Shown here in pieces: positions 8,792 to 14,867 of a stretch of 49,810 nucleotides of DNA. A program made the position numbers and the translations under genes. The DNA lies in assembly GCA_964555255.1 (NCBI GenBank), contig CAZKRG010000002.1, positions 6,866 to 56,675 of the forward strand. Reading direction: 5' to 3'. Within the stretch, counting starts at the first letter, position 1. Every line of letters begins with the position of its first letter. Source of the stretch: an uncultured Candidatus Saccharibacteria bacterium. Lineage in GTDB: Bacteria; Patescibacteriota; Minisyncoccia; UBA6257; 2-01-FULL-56-20. The notes beneath the pieces are model-generated. The model did no database searches, was not told the origin of the DNA, and saw nothing but the letters and a program-made list of their open reading frames with translations.

Positions 8792-9667
8792 TTATGCCGT
8801 AATAAACGCCAAAATCATCGCAGAGAACAAGGCGATTATGAGTCCCGCTTTCTGGTGTTCCTGGAGCTTTTCGTGATTCACAAAAATGCCGAGAAGTACC
8901 GCAATGATGCCTGAGATTTCGGAGAAGCCAGTGGCCACTGCAATGGGGATCATCGTCATCGCAAAGGCGTATCCTATCTAGGCGATATTATCGCCCAAGG
9001 ACATTATGAGCATCAAGCCACGGTTCGCCTTCACATCCCTTATCGTCTTTTTGAGTTGTCCAGTCGAGAGGAGCACTACACCCGCAACGAACGCCATCAC
9101 TACATTCAATACAAAATTGGCAGTAAGCGGATCCGTTACCCGCGAGCCCCAGCCGAGGAGAAAATCAGCGGTACCCATGAGCGCCGCACCGAGAAGCCCC
9201 ATAAACACTCCCCGTTCCGCAAAATACCTAAGCGAAAGAATCCTCCCGCGAAAGGAAACCAGGAAAAGGCCTGTAATAAGCAAAATGATGAACAGGATTT
9301 GGAGTGGAGAAATTCGATCTCCAAGGAGAGTGAACGCTAAAATCGAGGCTGCCGGGATTTCAAACGGCAACATAGGTTCCACCACCGACATTTTGCCTCG
9401 ACGGAAAGATTCAATTTCCAAAATCGCAGAGACAGTCAGGAACACCGCCGAGCCGAGGAGAATGTAGAGGCCTTCCCTATCCGCCAGGACGGCGGGAAGG
9501 GTGCGGAGCACAAAAGGTATAAGGATTATTACGCCAAATAAGGTGAGGACAAAAAGCGTTTCCCAGTCGCCAAGCTTCCTCGAGGATTTCTGCACGAGAA
9601 AATCGCTCACTCCCCACAGAAGCATCGCGAGAATGGAAAGCCCAATGGCGGCATTCGCGAGGACCAT
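8792..9667 (-). pseudogene. EamA/DMT-family transporter interrupted by one in-frame TAG (8978-8980)
   Basis: The 229-aa ORF (8981-9667) ends ...MSLGDNIA-TAG. The same frame continues for 61 more codons (IGYAFAMTMIPIAVATGFSEISGIIAVLLGIFVNHEKLQEHQKAGLIIALFSAMILAFITA-TAA at 8792-8794). Together the two parts give a normal two-domain EamA protein of about 290 aa. Confidence 0.75.
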
Positions 9668-9681
9668 ATAAATATTGTATC

Positions 9682-9715
9682 AAAAAAACCACCGCATCCT
9701 TGAGGGAGGCGGTGG
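9682..9715 (-). terminator. rho-independent terminator (predicted)
   Basis: Minus-sense CCACCGC-13 nt loop-GCGGTGG (9715-9689) followed by T7 (9688-9682). Confidence 0.65.
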
Positions 9716-9752
9716 CTGAAATACAATTTCCTGGCTTCTAGAAATTCGGAAC

Positions 9753-9908
9753 TTGTGCCCTTGGACAGGAACTATCAAAGAAGCCCACCTTGTTGATAAC
9801 AAGGCGAAATGCCCGGCATGCGGCGGTTCACTTGCATGGAACTGGGTCCAAGATCAGATTATGGACAAACTCATGGAATGCGTGAACCTCGATGATATCG
9901 ATTTCTAA
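9753..9908 (+). CDS. possible small Cys-containing protein (TTG start)
   Basis: 51 codons (LCPWTGTIKEAHLVDNKAKCPACGGSLAWNWVQDQIMDKLMECVNLDDIDF). This is the only open frame in the spacer, and a plus-strand terminator follows 20 nt later. No ATG and no clear RBS. Confidence 0.25.
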   Translation: MCPWTGTIKEAHLVDNKAKCPACGGSLAWNWVQDQIMDKLMECVNLDDIDF

Positions 9909-9928
9909 TCGCGCTTTGCTCAACTAAA

Positions 9929-9962
9929 AGCGGCATCCGAATGGATGCCGCTCTCAATTTTT
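9929..9962. terminator. bidirectional rho-independent terminator (predicted)
   Basis: A 10-bp perfect stem AGCGGCATCC-GAAT-GGATGCCGCT (9929-9952). T5 lies at 9958-9962 on the plus strand and TTTTAG follows on the minus strand. It sits just downstream of tRNA-Arg. Confidence 0.7.
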
Positions 9963-9976
9963 CACTTATTGTGTTG

Positions 9977-10048
9977 TGCGCCCGCGAGGAATTGAACCTC
10001 GATATCATCCTTCGGAGGGATGCATTCTATCCGTTGAACTACGGGCGC
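9977..10048 (-). tRNA. tRNA-Arg (anticodon CCG)
   Basis: The reverse complement folds as a 72-nt cloverleaf: acceptor GCGCCCG/CGGGCGC, D arm GUUC-AACGGAUA-GAAU, anticodon arm CAUCC-CUCCGAA-GGAUG, T arm CGAGG-UUCAAUU-CCUCG, discriminator A. CCA is not encoded. Confidence 0.9.
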
Positions 10049-10054
10049 CTCAAC

Positions 10055-11155
10055 TCAAGCCCCAGTGTATACAAAATAGTACAGCTCGTAAATGATGCCG
10101 GCGGCGAGGATGATGTAGAGCATCCAGAATGCAATCTTCACCGTTCCTTGCGGACGAAGGAGCTTCTTCCCCACAACCAGAATGAAAATGTATTGGAGCG
10201 CGAGGAGTACTCCCCCGATGAATCCGATAAGGCGCACGAAGTCCGACAGCCCCATGCCAAAGAGCGCGAGCGGGAGGAGGAGTATTGCGAGAAGTGCTGG
10301 TGTCTTTTTCATCCCCGCGTCTTCGAGCGCATGCACCGCTTCTCTCCCCACGGGCATATAGGAGGTCCAAATCGCAAAGAGGCCGATGAGCGCCAGAATC
10401 ATTTTGTAGAGCGGATCCGTGAAGCCTGAAATCGTATCCGACGTGATTGCAGTAGGCATTCCCAAGATTGCGAGTGTGAAAAACGCATAGAGCAACGCCG
10501 AAATTCCGGTGCCTGCAAAAAGCGCCCGCATCGTTCTCTGCAAAGATTTTTTATCTTTATCAAGCTCATAGACGGGCTCCACCGCGGTCCAGCCCGCAAG
10601 CGCAAAAAGAATCACGCCAAAGGGCAGCAGTGGATTCGCCGCGTTCATCACCGGCGCGTTTGCAATTCCCTCTCCCACATTACTTCCCAGGAAAAGCACC
10701 GCGATGAGTACCACCATACCCACCGTTCCCCATTCTTCAAATCGGGCAAAGCACTTAATATTTAAAAGAAGCGGCCAGGAGGCGACGAGCCAAAACGCTA
10801 CCACTGCCACTTCTGGAGGAAGACCTGGGAAAATCGATAAGAGGAACGCCTGCCCCAGAATGATATAGGCAAGGAGTGTGAGGAGCTGCCCACCCTCCAC
10901 CGCCACAAATGCGCCGATTTCCGCAGTTCTCCCCACCGAGTCCCGGACTAATCCCACAAGTTTCTTCCGCTCGCGGACTTTCTCAAGCACTAAAAGATAC
11001 ACACCGTGGATGAATGCGAGGAGAATACCCAGCGCGACCAGGTAAAAAATAAACAATGCCCACCCCGCGTCGTGCACTATGGAGGGCAACGCAAACATGC
11101 CGGCGCCTATCGTGGTGGCCACGACTACCGCAACTTGGGAGAAAACTTTTTTCAT
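10055..11155 (-). CDS. amino acid permease (aromatic amino acid/HAAAP-like)
   Basis: 366-aa polytopic membrane protein. Its N-terminus VVATTIGAGMFALPSIV resembles the TyrP/Mtr/TnaB family signature. Confidence 0.65.
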   Translation of the reverse strand: MKKVFSQVAVVVATTIGAGMFALPSIVHDAGWALFIFYLVALGILLAFIHGVYLLVLEKVRERKKLVGLVRDSVGRTAEIGAFVAVEGGQLLTLLAYIILGQAFLLSIFPGLPPEVAVVAFWLVASWPLLLNIKCFARFEEWGTVGMVVLIAVLFLGSNVGEGIANAPVMNAANPLLPFGVILFALAGWTAVEPVYELDKDKKSLQRTMRALFAGTGISALLYAFFTLAILGMPTAITSDTISGFTDPLYKMILALIGLFAIWTSYMPVGREAVHALEDAGMKKTPALLAILLLPLALFGMGLSDFVRLIGFIGGVLLALQYIFILVVGKKLLRPQGTVKIAFWMLYIILAAGIIYELYYFVYTGA

Positions 11156-11216
11156 ACCAATAACTTATAACCACCAACAAATTGAGCATGCGCGTTCCCC
11201 GCGGGGAACGCGCAAC

Positions 11217-11480
11217 TCACTTTACCTCAAACACTTCGTCTCCTTCCCGCACCCGCTTTTTTACTTTAACCCCCACCTCTTGGCCCTTCCTCGCACTCGT
11301 GATCGGCTTGTGGTCGTACTGCATCGATTTGATCGTCTCTTCAAAATCCGTGGTGGCGCCCCCAAACCGAACTTTTATGCCGGTTTTCACCGCTTTTTTA
11401 AGTTTCACGATCGCCACGGAAATATCTCCATAGAAATGAGTTACTGCGCCGATTGGTTTTGGAGTTGTTGCTTTAGGCAT
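11217..11480 (-). CDS. small EF-Tu domain-2-like beta-barrel protein
   Basis: 87 aa (IGAVTHFYGDISVAIVKLKKAVKTGIKVRF...GQEVGVKVKKRVREGDEVFEV), resembling stand-alone translation-factor beta-barrel domains. Confidence 0.55.
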   Translation of the reverse strand: MPKATTPKPIGAVTHFYGDISVAIVKLKKAVKTGIKVRFGGATTDFEETIKSMQYDHKPITSARKGQEVGVKVKKRVREGDEVFEVK

Positions 11481-11507
11481 GGTATCTCAATTTTTAAACT
11501 CGACCTT

Positions 11508-11526
11508 ATTCAAAAGCGCGCTCCGA
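11508..11526. repeat. 19-nt exact direct repeat, copy 1 (ATTCAAAAGCGCGCTCCGA)
   Basis: Identical to 12168-12186 and exactly 660 nt away. It lies 8 nt beyond the stop of the TIGR00725-like gene. Confidence 0.9.
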
Positions 11527-11533
11527 GTTTTAT

Positions 11534-12145
11534 TTACAAGGGCAAATCCTTTTCTTCTTCCTGTATTAATGCGACTACTTTCTTTAATAACTTTTCGGGA
11601 TCTTTTTCAAATACCACTTTGCCATACCCGCGATGCGCCTTGTCGAGAAATTCCGGGAGCATCTCTACCGTTCCTCCGGTTCCCGAGAGTACTCCTTGTG
11701 GCTTCTCATCTTCGAAGGCATCCGTAAATTCGTTCATAGTCCCGATCCGCCCGCACACCGTGATCACCGCATCCGCGGAGCGCGTGAGAAGAAGGTTGCG
11801 GCCGGAGTACCCAAAGCCGGTGTAGATGATAAGATCGTGGTAGTCTGTGGGAAGACGATACGTTTTCACGTGCTGGATTTTGGAATAGGCCGGCGAAATC
11901 CCGATCACCGTGCCTCCCGCTTCCTTCGCTCCCTTCGCGGCCCAAAGCGGCGTCCCTGTTGTCGCCCCTGTGACCAAAATCATCCCCTGCTCGGCGATAA
12001 GCCGTCCCAAAAGTTCGGCTTTCTCGACCGCATCCGGCGCACATACTCCGGTTTCTGCCGATCCCGAAATGCAAATTTTGTATTTTAACGTTTTGAGGAG
12101 CGCTTCTGGTGCTTTTATCACCGGTTTTCGCGCGGTAGTAGCCAT
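11534..12145 (-). CDS. TIGR00725/LOG-SLOG family Rossmann-fold protein
   Basis: 203 aa with ICISGSA...LVTGATTG...GRIGTMNEF, the pattern typical of the LOG/DprA-like (SLOG) superfamily. Confidence 0.7.
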   Translation of the reverse strand: MATTARKPVIKAPEALLKTLKYKICISGSAETGVCAPDAVEKAELLGRLIAEQGMILVTGATTGTPLWAAKGAKEAGGTVIGISPAYSKIQHVKTYRLPTDYHDLIIYTGFGYSGRNLLLTRSADAVITVCGRIGTMNEFTDAFEDEKPQGVLSGTGGTVEMLPEFLDKAHRGYGKVVFEKDPEKLLKKVVALIQEEEKDLPL

Positions 12146-12167
12146 AGGAAAAGTATACCATCTCCCA

Positions 12168-12186
12168 ATTCAAAAGCGCGCTCCGA
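12168..12186. repeat. 19-nt exact direct repeat, copy 2
   Basis: Identical to 11508-11526. It lies 22 nt upstream of the TIGR00725-like start and overlaps the hairpin at 12173-12200. Confidence 0.9.
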
Positions 12187-12207
12187 CTGGAACGCGCTTT
12201 GTTTTTT
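12173..12207. terminator. hairpin terminator (predicted, usable on both strands)
   Basis: AAAGCGCG-12 nt-CGCGCTTT followed by G+T6 on the plus strand. On the minus strand the stem is followed by TTTTGAATT, downstream of the lipoprotein gene. Confidence 0.55.
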
Positions 12208-12244
12208 GGATGAGACTCCGCATAAGCTCATCCGAGTTGATTTA

Positions 12245-12604
12245 TTATCCCCCTGCGGCGAGGGTCAGGTGCAGGTTGCAGAGGGAAGTTTTCGGGTACG
12301 CCTTGGAACTGATGAGGCGCACTTTCCCCACGGAGGGGTCCCACCGAATTACCATTTCAACCCTTGCAGGCTGACCGTTGGTGAGCAGCGTAACCGTAAC
12401 TGCCCGATGGACCCGGAGATAATCCACAAGATTTGTGGATGTGGTTTCCACCACAACCTCCCCGTTTGTTCCCTGTACTACCACCCTCCAGTGGACGCTC
12501 GGGAATCTGGTTTGGTTGAAGCAACTTTTGTCCTCGCCGCAACCCGAAGTGAAGAGAACTACGATTGCCACAAGGGCGATCTCAATGCTTTTAATGGTAT
12601 TCAT
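12245..12604 (-). CDS. predicted lipoprotein (hypothetical)
   Basis: From ATG 12604 the protein starts MNTIKSIEIALVAIVVLFTSGCGED, a signal peptide with lipobox FTSG-C. The longer GTG start at 12616 is less likely. Confidence 0.55.
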   Translation of the reverse strand: MNTIKSIEIALVAIVVLFTSGCGEDKSCFNQTRFPSVHWRVVVQGTNGEVVVETTSTNLVDYLRVHRAVTVTLLTNGQPARVEMVIRWDPSVGKVRLISSKAYPKTSLCNLHLTLAAGG

Positions 12605-12766
12605 GCAATTTGCCACTATGCATGCACCGAAGCAGGTTGCATGAATACCTTTTTCTAGAATTTAGGAGCAACTTTATGAATTCGTCTCTCGAAATTCGAG
12701 ATAAACTCAATGAAGTTGTGACGGATGTCCGATTCCATCCGCCGGTTAAATTAAAATTTTTTCGCG

Positions 12767-13294
12767 CTAATCGGTGCGCTGACCCTGGTTTGCCCAGGCA
12801 GAGGGGCGAGTTTCCTCTTCTTCTTCGGAAGACTTGGCCGGTGGCGGATTTTGCATGGCTTCCAGGATTGCCTGAAAGCTTTCCTCTGTGACGAGTCCCG
12901 CGGCGATCATGAGAGTTGCAGCGGTTCGCGCCGCACCCCATCCATAGCCGTGGACCAAGTGCACTTTGCCAAAGATGAATTTGGCTAACCGGTCCTCCAG
13001 TGTTTCCTCCTGCTGAGGAGTCGGAAGGGGGCGTTCCAAGCCGTATTCGCTGAAAAATTCAGCGATGATTCGGAGGCTCTTTCTCCCGAAATCCCGATAT
13101 TTCAGGAGATCCCAATCGGTTTTTTTCCGAAGATCACCCACGCGTTCCAACCCGGCGTTGGTGAGCGGCGTTACTACCTTAGTCGGGAACACCTCGTCGA
13201 GCCGTAACATGTACAGCCCGATTCTGTCTCCCCGCGCCTTCAGGTCGGTGAGTTTTTTCGTTCGCGCGATTCGTTTTTCGATTTTTGTTTTCAT
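12767..13294 (-). CDS. stand-alone RNA polymerase alpha C-terminal-domain-like (HhH) protein
   Basis: Residues LTNAGLERVGDLRKKTDWDLLKYRDFGRKSLRIIAEFFSEYGL align by eye to the RpoA alpha-CTD (..SANCLK...IGDL...ELLK..NFGKKSL.EI...L...GL). The rest of the 175 aa is unassigned. Confidence 0.6.
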   Translation of the reverse strand: MKTKIEKRIARTKKLTDLKARGDRIGLYMLRLDEVFPTKVVTPLTNAGLERVGDLRKKTDWDLLKYRDFGRKSLRIIAEFFSEYGLERPLPTPQQEETLEDRLAKFIFGKVHLVHGYGWGAARTAATLMIAAGLVTEESFQAILEAMQNPPPAKSSEEEEETRPSAWANQGQRTD

Positions 13295-13333
13295 AGTGGT
13301 TTGTCTCCCTTAAGAGCCAGACAAACCACTATG
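13292..13333. repeat. perfect 15-bp-arm inverted repeat over the start codon
   Basis: CATAGTGGTTTGTCT-12 nt-AGACAAACCACTATG. The left arm contains the ATG (complement) of the alpha-CTD-like gene. Confidence 0.9.
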
Positions 13334-13405
13334 AAAACTTTTTCCAAAGAACTTTTCTGTTTCGCTCTTTTGAGCTCATCAGCACCGACATACATCGGTG
13401 AACAG

Positions 13406-13434
13406 AGGAGGATTCTGGTCCTCCTGATTTTTTT
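13406..13434 (+). terminator. plus-strand terminator-like hairpin
   Basis: AGGAGGA-TTCTGG-TCCTCCT followed by GA+T7 (13428-13434). No plus-strand gene is upstream. Confidence 0.4.
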
Positions 13435-13489
13435 ACACGAGCATCCGCACATGCTCGTCCGATTGATTGTCCCCGTTGCGGGGCGGGGT

Positions 13490-13786
13490 TCATAGTTCAA
13501 ACCATTCTTCCGACTCCAGTCCTGGGAACCTCTTTACCGATTCTAACCCAGGAGTTTCCACGTCAATGGAAAAGCTGGCAGCCGACTTCCACCACGGAAG
13601 GGTTTCAATCACCCTCACCCGCAGTCTTTCTCCCTTGCAGAAAGTCAAATGGCAACAAAACTTTTCTCCGGAACTTGGAACTCCGGTATAGAGTCTTGTC
13701 CATTCACTCTCTCGGAAGAGAGCCGTTTGAACATACTTCCGTACCGCGATGCGTACGGCCGTTTCTATCACTTTTGGCATTTTCAT
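13490..13786 (-). CDS. hypothetical protein (98 aa)
   Basis: ATG-initiated ORF and first ORF downstream of the consensus promoter at 14361-14389. No recognisable motif. Confidence 0.4.
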   Translation of the reverse strand: MKMPKVIETAVRIAVRKYVQTALFRESEWTRLYTGVPSSGEKFCCHLTFCKGERLRVRVIETLPWWKSAASFSIDVETPGLESVKRFPGLESEEWFEL

Positions 13787-13856
13787 ATTGAAACCGCCAA
13801 AATTTACTAAAGAGCTCTATGAATCCGCGAACTTGCGCTCATGGACTCAATGAAGT

Positions 13857-14354
13857 GGGGAAGACAGGAAAAGATTCCTGTCTTCCCCGATTTAAAGTTG
13901 CGCCGCCACGCGCTTTCGGCAACTTTTGTTGTGCCGCCGACATATCCGGAGAGACTCGCCCGGATTCAGTCGGAGCAGGCTTAATACCTGCATACCCGGG
14001 ATCTCAATCCGGTTTTACAAACGTCTTCCTTTTCGGATAGATCGTAGCGATTCCCCTCTCCTTACGGAGGCTACCGTGCGGATGGATGCCGAATCCACGC
14101 CGGACGGAAAATCCTTCGGGGCATGAAGGAAAATGGAGATAGGTTGGATATGAATAAGAAGACCAACCCTGCGCTTTTTGAAAGTCGCTGTCACTTGGAG
14201 TGACTTTGCCCTGTGTGGGCGCGCCGATACGCCTCTAGTATCTGCGTTTTCAGGATGGGAAAGAGCTAAGCCAGCGCTTAGCTTTCCGGGTAGGCAGGAC
14301 TCGATATATGACTGGGAGTCCTGTCCCATCGGAAAGCTAAATACCAGCTTTCGT
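13857..14354 (-). ncRNA. candidate ~500-nt structured RNA or ornate 5' leader (unclassified)
   Basis: Lies directly downstream of a perfect sigma70 promoter and has no credible ORF. It is a chain of perfect hairpins ending in a 14-bp stem (13857-13888). See findings. Confidence 0.4.
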
Positions 14355-14360
14355 GCGGCC

Positions 14361-14389
14361 ATTATAGCCGGTGTGTTAAAATATGTCAA
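14361..14389 (-). promoter_or_regulatory. consensus sigma70 promoter
   Basis: Minus-sense TTGACA (14389-14384), a 17-nt spacer, then TATAAT (14366-14361). The predicted start is near A14354. Confidence 0.6.
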
Positions 14390-14560
14390 GTACTTTTGTC
14401 ATAATAGTCAAAAATATCATTATTTATCAATGATTTATAGCATATTTTTGTCATCCTTAAATATCTTATTTTAACTGTCATTTTTTAATAAAACTTTTGT
14501 CTTTACTTTTCAACTTAATAGCTCTTAAATCTGTGAAATGTCATTTAATATTGACAAAAT
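14383..14560. repeat. AT-rich spacer with repeated (T)TTTGTCA motifs
   Basis: TTTTGTCA occurs at 14394-14401 and 14446-14453, CTGTCA at 14475-14480, TTTTGTCT at 14495-14502 and AATGTCA at 14537-14543. An inverted copy, TTGACAAAAT, is at 14551-14560, and ATGTCAA at 14383-14389. Confidence 0.5.
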
Positions 14561-14579
14561 TTAAATATTCTGCTACGCT
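14551..14579 (+). promoter_or_regulatory. sigma70-like promoter
   Basis: TTGACA (14551-14556), a 17-nt spacer, then TACGCT (14574-14579). It faces away from the minus-strand promoter. Confidence 0.45.
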
Positions 14580-14585
14580 TCTCCG

Positions 14586-14867
14586 CGCGGGGGTAATGCA
14601 AGTTAACAACACAGCGCCATGTCTTCGGTGTACCACCTCGCCACTAAACAGTGGCTCTGGCTCTGGTAAATCGCCCCGCTACCGAAGGGCGACGCTAAAA
14701 AGAAAGGGAGTTCTCCTATGAAAAGAGGGGATGACGGATAACGGATGCCAGTAGGCATAGTCTCCAGCCGAATTATCGGCTGCAGACTTAATGAAGCGGG
14801 CGGGAAAAAACTCACCCGATTCTGGCTCGGTGGTACATAGTGACTACCGAGCCCTTATTTTTTCTTT
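14586..14867 (+). ncRNA. candidate ~280-nt structured RNA (unclassified)
   Basis: Bounded by a promoter and a strong intrinsic terminator, with no credible ORF. Hairpins include GCCACT-AAAC-AGTGGC, TCGCCC/GGGCGA, ATGCC-AGTA-GGCAT and CAGCCGA-ATTA-TCGGCTG. Confidence 0.4.
14824..14867 (+). terminator. rho-independent terminator
   Basis: An 11-bp stem GGCTCGGTGGT-8 nt-ACTACCGAGCC (one G-U pair) followed by TTATTTTTTCTTT. The T-run overlaps the TrmB-like stop codon. Confidence 0.7.

Noticed and set aside
8978-8980. Genome-wide stop-codon reassignment (TAG here, TGA at 48951-48953; e.g. code 4 or 25)
   Set aside because: Long conserved proteins (PolA 820 aa, PBP 838 aa, Clp ~837 aa, PyrG, DnaA) read through under the standard code with no internal TGA or TAG. 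They also end at the expected C-termini on these codons (e.g. TAG at 40121-40123 for rnpA, TGA at 21201-21203 for the CsaA-like gene). The two in-frame stops are isolated events.
12309-12316. CTGATGAG hammerhead-like core motif
   Set aside because: No matching stem II or GAAA core element follows, and it lies inside the lipoprotein coding region on the opposite strand. Chance occurrence.
13291-13500. 69-aa minus ORF and the 64-aa plus ORF 13301-13495
   Set aside because: Both lie in the hairpin-rich spacer. The plus ORF owes its MKT start to the palindrome symmetry and is cut by a plus-strand terminator at 13406-13434. The minus ORF overlaps the upstream gene end and has implausible composition.
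13819-14474. ORFs 13819-14040, 13926-14126, 14015-14389 and 14178-14474 inside the gene-free locus
   Set aside because: They are short, mutually overlapping on both strands, lack RBS and motifs, and are made of hairpin arms. The region is better explained as RNA or regulatory DNA.
13830-14867. Assignment of the structured locus to RNase P RNA, tmRNA or SRP RNA
   Set aside because: I looked for GGAAAGUCC / ACAGAA-CCGGCUUA (RNase P) and for a GGGG...UUCGA 5' end plus a T-arm/ACCA 3' end (tmRNA). I also looked for the SRP GGAA-tetraloop/AGCAGC motif. None is present. For tmRNA, the GCAGG-CTTAATA-CCTGC hairpin at ~13976-13992 has a TAA in its loop, but the upstream frame ends ...IQSEQA, unlike known tags. 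It is left unclassified pending a covariance-model scan.
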